The notes beneath the pieces are model-generated. The model saw only the letters and a list, made by a program, of their open reading frames with translations, was not told the origin of the DNA and searched no databases. The translations under genes were made by a program, and so were the position numbers. Of a DNA stretch of 64,000 nucleotides, positions 40,278 through 51,714 are shown in pieces (position 1 is the stretch's first letter; each line of letters begins with the position of its first letter). Origin of the DNA: Desulfatiglandales bacterium (GTDB lineage: Bacteria > Desulfobacterota > DSM-4660 > Desulfatiglandales > HGW-15); NCBI GenBank assembly GCA_963667015.2, contig CAXXJJ010000004.1:3232001-3296000 (forward strand), in the 5' to 3' direction.

Positions 40278-40907
40278 TATTAATCTCCTTTTATACGAAC
40301 AGGTTTAGATACGTATCATAACCCGGAATTTAAAGCTTTTTCAATATATCTCATCTTTTGGAATATTTATGGGACGTTGTTGACTATCATGACTAATTTT
40401 TTTTAAAAAAAAGAATCCTCCCCTGATGTTCATCAAATAGAAACAAAATCCCTCTGCTTAAAAAAATTATCTAAATATTTCATTTCAATCCTTCGTATTT
40501 TTTTCCTGCAACAACCCTTTTCATAAGATTGAAAAACATACCAGGTAATAGCTCTTATTCAAAATCCGGTTAACTGTATCGCCTTTAACTTGTTAAGTTT
40601 ATTACTTATTTATAAAATAATATAATAAAATATTGTAATATTCCGGACAACTGGAATACTTATCTGGCATAAACTTATCTCTCGTTTCATATATTTTACT
40701 GAAACACATTATGTTTTACTTTGAATTATCCATTGCATCATACTTTTTAATAATATTTTAGTTAACATTTTAAGCCTGTTGTGACACAATCTCCAGGAAA
40801 TAAACATTTCGGATTTTTGTCATTTTGCTAATAAATATAATTTAAAAACAGACCATTAGTACTTGAGCAAAACTCTGCCCCTTTAAAGGTTATCCGGGAG
40901 ACTCAAA

Positions 40908-41288
40908 ATGGATTGGAATCTTAATTTCAGGAACGATGAAATACTTGAGATGAAAACATACGGAATTTTTGCTTTTGATGATTTAGCGAGAATGATTGAG
41001 CAGATTATAGTTGATCCAAAATGGAAACCAGGGATGAATGTTATCGCAGATTTTAGAGAAGTTGATGTAAGGGGCGTTAGTGTTAAGGAAATTTATGAGG
41101 CTAAGGACCTGCATACTCAATATAATGATTTAGCTGGAGAAGGAAAAATAGCCACGATTCTAGGCTCCAACCTTGCCTACGGGTTCAGCCGCATGTACCA
41201 GGCAATAGCAGGCACAGATGTAAAATCACGGATTATGACCTTTAGAGATTATGAAAACGGAGTTGACTGGATTCAGGGAAAACTGTAA
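40908..41288 (+). CDS. hypothetical protein, SpoIIAA/STAS-like fold probable
   Basis: VIADFR, KIATI, AYGFSRMY, FRDYENGVDWI pattern; GGGAG RBS. Confidence 0.7.
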   Translation: MDWNLNFRNDEILEMKTYGIFAFDDLARMIEQIIVDPKWKPGMNVIADFREVDVRGVSVKEIYEAKDLHTQYNDLAGEGKIATILGSNLAYGFSRMYQAIAGTDVKSRIMTFRDYENGVDWIQGKL

Positions 41289-41476
41289 ATGGACAGCCAG
41301 ATTCATTTTATTATGCACGACCTGCTGAATCCCTGAGTACAGGTAATACTATACCCCTCCAGGATTAATTTTTTAGCCCCTTTAAATGAAACGGCATTTA
41401 TGTTACTATCCTTTCTTGTCTAGATGATTCAAAATATTTTTAATAATCTTTAAAATTTCCGCTTTTTAAATTTATC

Positions 41477-42088
41477 ATGCCAAAGATTAGATACAGCGCT
41501 TCCAAATTACCGGCAGGACCAATAACAGATACGACCAGTTCCTTTTTCTTCATCTTATTTCTGCTTCTTTTTCTTACATGTAACAATATTTCCTATGCAA
41601 ACGACTTTTCTTCTGACAATTACGAGCTCACCTATGAAAAAAATCGTATAAACATCTCAGCCTCAGAGGCCGATTTGAAAAGTATTCTTTTTGATATTGC
41701 TGAAAAAGCGAATATCTCTATACGATATCCGGCCTCTCTTGATACAAAAATCACCCTTAAAATACGCAATATTACTCTAAAAAAGGCGTTAAAGCGTTTA
41801 CTGAAAGATTTTAATTATTCCATAATCTATTCAGGCGCAAAAAAACAGGCTTCAATTTCGGAGGTTTTCATTCTCCAAAAGATCAAGAGATCGACAAGGG
41901 TCAATAGAAACAGTAACAGTAATGAGGCAAGAATTACCAGCAGGATTAATTCCTATGAAAGACGTATTGAATCCCTGAAAAAAAATCTGTCAAAAGAGGG
42001 CGAAAACAGTGCAAGAGGCAAGAGATATTTAAATCAGATCAAATCCTATGAAAAAACTATCGAGAGACTAAAAAGACAATTAAATTAA
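41477..42088 (+). CDS. exported protein with secretin/TonB-receptor N-terminal (STN/N0)-like domain and basic coiled coil
   Basis: Hydrophobic leader; INISASEADLKSILFDIAEKANISI...ITLKKALKRLLKDFNY. Confidence 0.65.
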   Translation: MPKIRYSASKLPAGPITDTTSSFFFILFLLLFLTCNNISYANDFSSDNYELTYEKNRINISASEADLKSILFDIAEKANISIRYPASLDTKITLKIRNITLKKALKRLLKDFNYSIIYSGAKKQASISEVFILQKIKRSTRVNRNSNSNEARITSRINSYERRIESLKKNLSKEGENSARGKRYLNQIKSYEKTIERLKRQLN

Positions 42089-42268
42089 GACTTTATAAAA
42101 CATTTTTCCGATCAAATTGCCGGACTAACCTAATATTAATCTTTGTATACAGGCTTTTACTTTAGCAGATAATACCGTTTTCTTAGTCTTTTTTCATTAA
42201 ACCAGTCAAGATATTGTCATTTTAAAACGATATATAATTATTGTTCAAGAAAATGAAGGTAATTAACC

Positions 42269-42826
42269 ATGAAAGTAAAGGGATCAGCAGTTGCGACTCT
42301 GCCTCAATTTGTCAAAGATAAATTTAGAGAAGATGGCTTTGAGAAATGGCTCGCCTCTCTGTCTCCTGAGGCGCAGAAGGTTTTTGAAAAAAACGTGCTC
42401 TCTGTCGGATGGTTTCCTCTGAAAGAGATTCTTATTGAACCTACAAAGTGTATCTGTGACCTCTTTTACAATGGAAATATGAAAGGGGCTTGGGATTCGG
42501 GAAGATTCAGTGCAGAACAGGGCCTTAAAGGTGTTTATAAGGTCTTTTTAAAACTTGGTTCAGCCGCATTTATTACAAAAAAAGCGAGCTCCATCCTTCC
42601 GACATATTATGAACCGAGTGAGATGAAGGTTGCTGACCTTCAGTCGAACAGTACTGTCATCCATATCACAAAATTTGACGAACCAAGCGAGATAATTGAT
42701 AACAGAATCGGAGGCTGGATGGAAAAAGCCCTTGAACTGAGCGGATATAAAACCGTTAATATTTCTATTGCAAAGTCTCTTGCCAGGGGAGCCGCATTCA
42801 CCGAATTCCATGTATCGTGGAAATAA
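42269..42826 (+). CDS. hypothetical protein, DUF2378/H-NOX-like family probable
   Basis: MKVKGS...FVKDKF...WLASLS...WFP...GWMEKALELSG pattern. Confidence 0.65.
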   Translation: MKVKGSAVATLPQFVKDKFREDGFEKWLASLSPEAQKVFEKNVLSVGWFPLKEILIEPTKCICDLFYNGNMKGAWDSGRFSAEQGLKGVYKVFLKLGSAAFITKKASSILPTYYEPSEMKVADLQSNSTVIHITKFDEPSEIIDNRIGGWMEKALELSGYKTVNISIAKSLARGAAFTEFHVSWK

Positions 42827-42907
42827 GGGGATTAACCCGGCATTAATACTTCATCCGTTATGAACGGATTTTTATCGGAAAGGTATTACCTAGTGCCTCA
42901 AAACAGT

Positions 42908-43252
42908 TTATGGATAGGCACTAACTAAATCGGATATCTTAATTCCTTCCACCTCGATCTTCATATCCGCGTTCTCTACCATATATCCTTTCATCCGGAA
43001 CGATTCCGGCTCAGGCTTTACCGATAATACCAAACTGAACTCATCTATCTCTCCAAAGATGGAAACTAAAGGCCCCTGGTAATGCTCAACTTTAATTTCA
43101 GCCTCAATCGCATTTTCTTTTTCGGCAACAAGTCCCTTGAATATATATTTTGTATTTCCACCATGTATTCGGCCATCATCAATGACTACCAGGCCCCCGC
43201 CAAACACTTCTATGCTTGATTTAAAAACAATACTGTAGATCCCATTTTCCAT
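42908..43252 (-). CDS. GrlR-like beta-barrel protein
   Basis: MENGIYSIVFKS...GGGLVVIDDGRIHGG...YIFKG. Confidence 0.7.
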   Translation of the reverse strand: MENGIYSIVFKSSIEVFGGGLVVIDDGRIHGGNTKYIFKGLVAEKENAIEAEIKVEHYQGPLVSIFGEIDEFSLVLSVKPEPESFRMKGYMVENADMKIEVEGIKISDLVSAYP

Positions 43253-43371
43253 TATAAATATCCATTCCTTTTTGTGCCCCTGCCCATACAACAGATCTTT
43301 CTGCCAGGGGAAAAATATATGACTTAAATTATTCTATACCTAGTCGGACTGATAATGCTGTTCCATTAATT

Positions 43372-43407
43372 TTTATTGACAATCATTATCAGGTAAGAAT
43401 CATTATC
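43372..43407 (+). promoter_or_regulatory. Fur/PerR-type operator overlapping a TTGACA -35
   Basis: TTTATTGACAATCATTATC matches the GATAATGATAATCATTATC Fur box at 15/19; AATCATTATC repeated 17 nt later. Confidence 0.7.
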
Positions 43408-43447
43408 GCTTTACCTATTTTATTAAAAGGAGTATATTTCAGGCATT

Positions 43448-43885
43448 ATGACCGATCATAAAATACGTCTGGAAACAATGATTCAAAAAATGCGGGAAAA
43501 GGGATTAAGAATCACGCCCCAGCGTATTGCAATCCTGAGAGTTCTTTCAATAAGCAAAGGGCATCCGAGCGTTGAAGACATACATGAGCAGGTAAAAATG
43601 ATCTTTCCTACAACAAGCGTTGCAACCGTTTATAAAAACGTTTCCATGTTGAAGGAACTCGGTGAAGTACTTGAATTAAGTTTCGGTGCCGAAAGTAGCA
43701 GATATGACGGAAACAAAACAGCTCCCCATCCACACCTGATCTGCACCCTGTGCAAAAAAATAATTGACCCTGACCTGGATAGTTTAAAGGATGTATCCAG
43801 AGAACTGATAAATGAGACCGGTTTCAGGATTACAAGTCATAGATTGGATTTTTTTGGAATTTGTCCTGAATGTCAGGGCAAATAA
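43448..43885 (+). CDS. perR: Fur family regulator, PerR-like
   Basis: RITPQR, HPSVE, ATVYK, RYD...HPHLICTLC...D, CPEC; adjacent to katG. Confidence 0.85.
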   Translation: MTDHKIRLETMIQKMREKGLRITPQRIAILRVLSISKGHPSVEDIHEQVKMIFPTTSVATVYKNVSMLKELGEVLELSFGAESSRYDGNKTAPHPHLICTLCKKIIDPDLDSLKDVSRELINETGFRITSHRLDFFGICPECQGK

Positions 43886-43979
43886 CTTCCAGCCGATTCA
43901 AACCAGGATTTTGACACCTATTATTAAGAACACTTAACCGTCTTTTCGCAATGCTTTAACAGAAACATCAATTGTCTAA

Positions 43980-46229
<2,250 letters not shown>

Positions 46230-46290
46230 TACAAGCGTGGCAACCTTCAAGGTTTTCTGCCTCATCATAAATCAGTTCCCACATTACCTT

Positions 46291-46330
46291 CCGGTTTCAG
46301 CCTTTTCGATAACATCTCTGCTGAAACCGG
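46291..46330. terminator. inverted repeat after katG, possible terminator
   Basis: CCGGTTTCAGC...GCTGAAACCGG 11-bp stem; long loop, no clear U tract. Confidence 0.4.
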
Positions 46331-46443
46331 TAGTTCAAATAAGAATATCAGAAAAATAGAGTTTATCTGTTAACCGGTCAAAATGATATTTTCATCTCCT
46401 GATACCATCCTTTAAAATTCCACAGTACAAGAATTGTTAAATA

Positions 46444-46459
46444 AGGCATTGAATTTGCA
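46444..46459 (+). promoter_or_regulatory. candidate sigma54 promoter upstream of NtrC-family gene
   Basis: AGGCATTGAATTTGCA, GG-N10-GC with TTGCA. Confidence 0.5.
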
Positions 46460-46660
46460 TAATTAATATAGTGATAAGTATGTGATACCTGACATGCTCA
46501 GGCGCAAACATACTTTAGTTAGTTTCATTTAATTATAGCTTATTTTTAAAATATTAGATTAACCCTTCTTATTACAAGGGTGTAGAATACATTCTGACGC
46601 TTAGGGTTAAATTTCCAGGCTGTTTTCATAGCATAATTTTTATTGGATATAATTAAAATC

Positions 46661-48079
46661 ATGTACAAAATCTTAATTATTGATGATGATAAGAGTATCT
46701 GTCATGTCCTTTCATGCTTTATTCGGGCAACGGGCTATGAAGTATCTATTGCCAATACACTAAATGAAAGCAGAAACCTGATCAGAACCAACGAATATGA
46801 TCTTGTTCTGCTTGACCTCGACCTTCCTGATGGAAACGGCCTGGATGAGCTGCCCCATATCCTTGAGACGGCTTCAAGCCCTGAAGTGATCATAATTACC
46901 GGATCAGATGACATAAACTGTGCCGAACTGGCCTTTAAATCCGGGGCATGGGATTATATCCAGAAACCCTTTTTATTACACGATGTTTCACTTCCAATTG
47001 CCAGGGCACTGCAATACCGCCAGGAAAAGAAAATAGTTAATACACCATTAATATTGAGGCAAAGTGGCATCATAGGATCATCCACTGCAGTTAATAATTG
47101 TTATAAAAATGTTGCATTTGCCTCTGTATCTGATGCAAGTGTTCTCATATCAGGCGAAACAGGGACAGGCAAGGAACTCTTTGCACGTGCCATACATCAT
47201 AACAGTAAGCGTGCTAAAGGAAACTTCTGTATTATCGATTGTGCAGCACTCCCTGAGACCCTTGCAGAAAGCATCTTATACGGACATGAAAAAGGCGCAT
47301 TTACAGGTGCTGAAGGACGAAAAGACGGCCTTGTCATCCAGTCAGAGGGAGGCACCCTTTTTCTGGACGAAATCGGTGATCTCCCGCTTGGCATACAAAA
47401 AACCTTTCTTCGCTGTCTCCAGGAAAAAAGGGTTATGCCCCTGGGAGCAAAAAAGGAAGTCGATGTTGATTTCAGGCTTGTTGCCGCCACAAATCGCAAT
47501 CTGAAAGAACTGGTGAACAAGGGCTTGTTCAGGGAAGACCTCCTTTACCGAATCAGCGCATTAACCCTGAAGCTTCCTCCCCTGAGAGAAAGGGGTAAGG
47601 ACATAGAGGAAATAACCCTGGAAAAACTGCACCAGCTTTCCACCAAATATGGTATCGGTACAAAGGGTGTTTCCCAGGACTTTTTTAACATCCTGAACCT
47701 GCAAAAATGGACTGGAAACGTACGGGAATTAATAAATGTAATAGAATACTCCCTTGCCTCTGCAGGAGAGGACCCAACACTGTTTCCCAAACATCTTCCT
47801 CCCGAATACCGGACTGCCCCATTGCTGGTAAAATCACGAAACAGGAAAAGAACAGATGACCCGGTTTTTGAATCTTTGCACCATGAAGCAAGCCTTTCTA
47901 CCCTTTCCGAATACAGGGAAAAAACAGAAAAAAATTATCTTCTTGAGCTGCTAAACAGGGTAAATGGAGACAGAATAGAGGCCTGCCGCCTGTCAGGGAT
48001 TTCACAGTCCAGACTTTACGGACTCCTTAAAAAACACCGTATTTCCGGTTTCAGCCAGAATCACGCCATGACCGCCTAA
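46661..48079 (+). CDS. sigma54-dependent response regulator (NtrC family)
   Basis: Receiver (IDDD, DLDLPD, KPF), GETGTGKE, GAFTGA, FLDEIG, GNVREL, C-terminal HTH. Confidence 0.96.
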   Translation: MYKILIIDDDKSICHVLSCFIRATGYEVSIANTLNESRNLIRTNEYDLVLLDLDLPDGNGLDELPHILETASSPEVIIITGSDDINCAELAFKSGAWDYIQKPFLLHDVSLPIARALQYRQEKKIVNTPLILRQSGIIGSSTAVNNCYKNVAFASVSDASVLISGETGTGKELFARAIHHNSKRAKGNFCIIDCAALPETLAESILYGHEKGAFTGAEGRKDGLVIQSEGGTLFLDEIGDLPLGIQKTFLRCLQEKRVMPLGAKKEVDVDFRLVAATNRNLKELVNKGLFREDLLYRISALTLKLPPLRERGKDIEEITLEKLHQLSTKYGIGTKGVSQDFFNILNLQKWTGNVRELINVIEYSLASAGEDPTLFPKHLPPEYRTAPLLVKSRNRKRTDDPVFESLHHEASLSTLSEYREKTEKNYLLELLNRVNGDRIEACRLSGISQSRLYGLLKKHRISGFSQNHAMTA

Positions 48080-48191
48080 AATTAGATTTACTAAACTCTC
48101 CTGTCTTAATTTATGCAGTCCCTGAATATTATATTCTTCAATTCTGCTGAATTCTCACCCGCAGTAATCCACCGGTTTTTGTTATTTCCCG

Positions 48192-48232
48192 TTTCCTGAA
48201 AACAGGAAAACAACTTTCCTGTTTTTAGGAAT
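48192..48232. promoter_or_regulatory. tandem palindromic enhancer (UAS) candidate
   Basis: TTTCCTGaaaaCAGGAAA (48192-48209) and TTTCCTGttttTAGGAAT (48215-48232), 80-120 bp upstream of a sigma54 site. Confidence 0.7.
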
Positions 48233-48313
48233 AATCTCTATAGAAATATTCATCATTCTTCAACAATCACCCTATCTCACTGATTTAATTGCTATTATTT
48301 TTCATTCCCTTTT

Positions 48314-48329
48314 TGGCACATAACATGCT
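48314..48329 (+). promoter_or_regulatory. sigma54 promoter of chemosensory cluster
   Basis: TGGCACATAACATGCT, -24/-12 consensus. Confidence 0.8.
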
Positions 48330-48397
48330 TATATGATTTTATAACTGTTTAATTTATTGATTGGAACCATTTTTATGCATCAGGAAAATCAGTCAAA

Positions 48398-48805
48398 ATG
48401 AACATAGTATTGTACACAAGCAGCATAGATAAAAAAATTGAGAAAAGACTCCTTGATAAAATCACCTCGGATTTTTCATGTGAGGAGATAGAGGTCTATA
48501 ACAACATAGCTGATTTCAAAAGGAAGATTTACAGTTTTCCAAGAAAAATGGATGTAGTGATTGTCCTCGCCCTTGAAAATTCTCAGTTATCCGACTTGCT
48601 GCAATACAAGGATGCACTTGACGGTCTTGAAATAATTTTAATCCTGCCGGATCAGAATAAAGATACGGTATCAAAGGCTATGTGCTTTTATCCACGTTTC
48701 CTTGCATATACTGACAGTAACTTTGGTGATGTTTCAGAGGTTCTTGTAAAACTGCGTATAAAACGCGGTTATGGAAATACCCATGCAAACAAGCATGTCG
48801 CATGA
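48398..48805 (+). CDS. hypothetical protein, possibly degenerate receiver-like domain
   Basis: 135 aa alternating beta/alpha pattern (MNIVLY, DVVIVL, IILILPD, YPRF) without acidic pocket residues. Confidence 0.7.
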   Translation: MNIVLYTSSIDKKIEKRLLDKITSDFSCEEIEVYNNIADFKRKIYSFPRKMDVVIVLALENSQLSDLLQYKDALDGLEIILILPDQNKDTVSKAMCFYPRFLAYTDSNFGDVSEVLVKLRIKRGYGNTHANKHVA

Positions 48806-48833
48806 AAATTTAAATAAATCTGAAAGGAAAAGT

Positions 48834-49133
48834 ATGCCACAAAAACCCCCAAAAAACACAGAGGCAAGCCTTTATAACCCGGGAGAAATGCTGACGGTAA
48901 ACCGCATATCTGCAATACGTGAAAGTATACTCGGCTTACTTTCTGAAAAAAATGAGCTTAACCTTGATCTCAAAGATATCAAGGAATGTGACACAGCCGG
49001 AATACAGATCCTGGTTTCATTAAAAAAATATGGGCGTCAGCAGGGAAAGGCACTCTCGATCATAAATGAGACCGAACCGGTCGTTAATGAAGCTCTTGTG
49101 CTTGGATTTTATCCGGAAGATCTGTTCGTATAA
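48834..49133 (+). CDS. STAS domain protein
   Basis: LDLKDIKECDTAGIQILVSL; AAAGGA RBS before ATG 48834. Confidence 0.88.
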   Translation: MPQKPPKNTEASLYNPGEMLTVNRISAIRESILGLLSEKNELNLDLKDIKECDTAGIQILVSLKKYGRQQGKALSIINETEPVVNEALVLGFYPEDLFV

Positions 49134-49145
49134 AGGGGACTGGAA

Positions 49146-49511
49146 ATGTCAAAAACAATAATGACTGTTGATGATTCTGCAAGTATGAGACAGATGATAA
49201 CTTTCACTCTAAAGAAAGAGGGTTATGAAGTGCTGGAGGCTGTTGACGGTGAAGATGCTATTCGAAAAATAGAAGGAAAAGAAGTTCATCTGACAATTAC
49301 AGACCTCAATATGCCTAACCTGGACGGCATTGGATTAATAAAAAAACTCAAGGCAAAACCGGAACACAAATTCATGCCCATATTGATGCTGACTACTGAA
49401 TCCCAGGACTCTAAAAAACAGGAAGGGAAGGCAGCCGGAGCAGCAGGCTGGGTTGTAAAACCCTTTAAACCTGAACAACTGATAGCGGTAGTGAAAAAAA
49501 TTCTTGGTTGA
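49146..49511 (+). CDS. cheY: chemotaxis response regulator CheY
   Basis: VDDSASMR, TDLNMP, LTTES, VKPF. Confidence 0.93.
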   Translation: MSKTIMTVDDSASMRQMITFTLKKEGYEVLEAVDGEDAIRKIEGKEVHLTITDLNMPNLDGIGLIKKLKAKPEHKFMPILMLTTESQDSKKQEGKAAGAAGWVVKPFKPEQLIAVVKKILG

Positions 49512-49525
49512 AAGGCAAAGAATAC

Positions 49526-51604
49526 ATGGACTCATATAAACAGACATATATGGAAGAGGCGTATGAACGCCTGGCAGAATTGGAGTCATCTCTCCTTGAA
49601 CTCGAAAACAATCCTGAAGACATGGATTTAATAGACAGGGTCTTCAGGGCAATGCATACGATAAAGGGATCCGGAGGCATGTTCGGGTTTGATGACATTG
49701 TTTCATTCACCCACAATATTGAAACGGTATTTGACTGCATCAGGGAAGGTAAAATCCCTGTAACAAAAGATATTATTACAAAAACACTTTCAGCCTGCGA
49801 CCAGATTAGGCTGATGGTGGACGAGGAAGCTACAGATAATGAAACCGTCCTTGCGCTGGTTCAATTCTTCGCCGGGCTGCTGCCCGAAGAACCAGGCGAA
49901 AAAACAGGAACCACGCTTTCTGAGGACGATACATTCATTTCTTCAAAAAAAGAGATCAGCTACAGGATAAGGTTTAAACCTCCAATTGAAATATTTGTAA
50001 TGGGAATAAAGCCAAAACTGCTTCTTGATGAGCTGAAGGAGCTGGGGGAAGCCCGGATTGTTCCTCTGACAGATACCGTGCCGCCCCTTGACCAGATTGA
50101 CCCCGAGTCCTGCTATCTATACTGGGACATTTTTCTCACAACCTCAAGAGGAGAAGATGCGATAAGAGACGTCTTTATCTTTATTGAGGATGAGAGTGAG
50201 ATTTCCATAGAAGAAATAGATTCGGAAGACACCGATTATGACGAGGAGTACAATAAACTCGGAGAAATCCTTCTTAAAAAACATGACCTGTCTCCAGAGG
50301 ATCTTGAAAAAACTCTCGCGCGCCAGAGACGCCTGGGAGAACTCCTTGTAGCTTCAGAGGTTATTGCCCCGGAGAAAATACGATCTGCCCTTGAAGAGCA
50401 GACGCATGTAAAACAGCTCCGTGAAAAGAGAAAGAACCAGGCAAAACTGTCTTCGATAAGGGTCGGTTCAGAAAAACTGGATGCGCTTGTTGATCTTGTG
50501 GGTGAACTTGTCACAATACAGGCAAGGCTCCAGCAGTACACAACCAGTGACGAGAGCCAGGAGCTTTTAAATATATCCGAGGAAGTCGAACGTCTTACAA
50601 CCGGCCTCAGGGATAATGCAATGAGCATGAGAATGCTTCCCATCGGTACAACTTTCAATAAATTCAATAGACTGGTCAGGGATCTCTCTCAGAGCCTTGG
50701 AAAGGATGTGACTCTTACAACCTATGGCGGAGATACTGAACTGGATAAAACAGTGATCGAATCCCTGGATGATCCAATGGTCCATATAATCAGGAATTGC
50801 ATTGATCATGGTATTGAATCCCCCGAGGAAAGGGAAAAAACCGGTAAAAACAGGCAGGGGAAAGTGCATCTTTCAGCGAACCACTCCGGTGACAGTGTAA
50901 TTATAAAAATATCCGACGATGGTGCAGGTCTTGACAGTGAGGTAATTCTCATGAAGGCAAGGGATAAGGGAATTATAGGCACTGACACCGAATTAACCGA
51001 AAAGGAAATATTTGCCCTGATTTTCGAACCTGGCTTTTCAACGGCCGAGGAGGTCACAGACGTTTCGGGAAGGGGCGTCGGGATGGATGTAGTCCGGAAA
51101 AACCTTGAAAACCTCCGGGGCACAATTGATATAGAAAGCAAAAAAGGCCATGGCACATCCATTGTCCTGAAACTTCCCCTGACCCTGGCAATTATCGACG
51201 GCCTGCTTGTGGATATCGCAAATGAAAATTATGTGATCCCGCTTTCTACTGTGGAGAAATGTGTTGAAATAACCCGAAAAGAGGCGGACACGGCAAGAGA
51301 AAGAAACATAATAAAGTACATGGGAAAGGCGGTGCCTTATCTGAGCATGCGGGACATCTTTGAAATCCCCGGAGAAAAACCTGAAATCGAAAAAGTTGTA
51401 TTCAATGAAGTAAACGGAGAAATCGTAGGGCTCGCCGTTGACAGGCTTGTTGGACAAAATCAGATTGTTATCAAAAAGATGAGCAGGATTTATGAGGACA
51501 TAAAACATTTTTCAGGGGCTACTATTCTCGGTGACGGAACTGTTGCGCTGGTACTTGATATTCCTCAGATTGTCGATCAGAACAAACATATTTCATTCAA
51601 TTGA
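49526..51604 (+). CDS. cheA: chemotaxis histidine kinase CheA
   Basis: FRAMHTIKGS Hpt, IRNCIDHGIE, DDGAG, SGRGVGMDVV, C-terminal CheW domain. Confidence 0.97.
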   Translation: MDSYKQTYMEEAYERLAELESSLLELENNPEDMDLIDRVFRAMHTIKGSGGMFGFDDIVSFTHNIETVFDCIREGKIPVTKDIITKTLSACDQIRLMVDEEATDNETVLALVQFFAGLLPEEPGEKTGTTLSEDDTFISSKKEISYRIRFKPPIEIFVMGIKPKLLLDELKELGEARIVPLTDTVPPLDQIDPESCYLYWDIFLTTSRGEDAIRDVFIFIEDESEISIEEIDSEDTDYDEEYNKLGEILLKKHDLSPEDLEKTLARQRRLGELLVASEVIAPEKIRSALEEQTHVKQLREKRKNQAKLSSIRVGSEKLDALVDLVGELVTIQARLQQYTTSDESQELLNISEEVERLTTGLRDNAMSMRMLPIGTTFNKFNRLVRDLSQSLGKDVTLTTYGGDTELDKTVIESLDDPMVHIIRNCIDHGIESPEEREKTGKNRQGKVHLSANHSGDSVIIKISDDGAGLDSEVILMKARDKGIIGTDTELTEKEIFALIFEPGFSTAEEVTDVSGRGVGMDVVRKNLENLRGTIDIESKKGHGTSIVLKLPLTLAIIDGLLVDIANENYVIPLSTVEKCVEITRKEADTARERNIIKYMGKAVPYLSMRDIFEIPGEKPEIEKVVFNEVNGEIVGLAVDRLVGQNQIVIKKMSRIYEDIKHFSGATILGDGTVALVLDIPQIVDQNKHISFN

Positions 51605-51714
51605 GATATGGAAATATAAATAAGGGAAGTGCAATGCCCGTTAAATTGAAAAAATTATATAGATTTACAAAAAAATCGTTATTCATAAAAGTATAATGTA
51701 TCAAGGAGAGAAAT

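Noticed and set aside
40665..40680. Sigma54-like TGGCAT site
   Set aside because: Lacks the -12 GC
46476..46520. c-di-GMP-I riboswitch suggested by GGCGCAAA
   Set aside because: No GNRA tetraloop, receptor or second conserved stem
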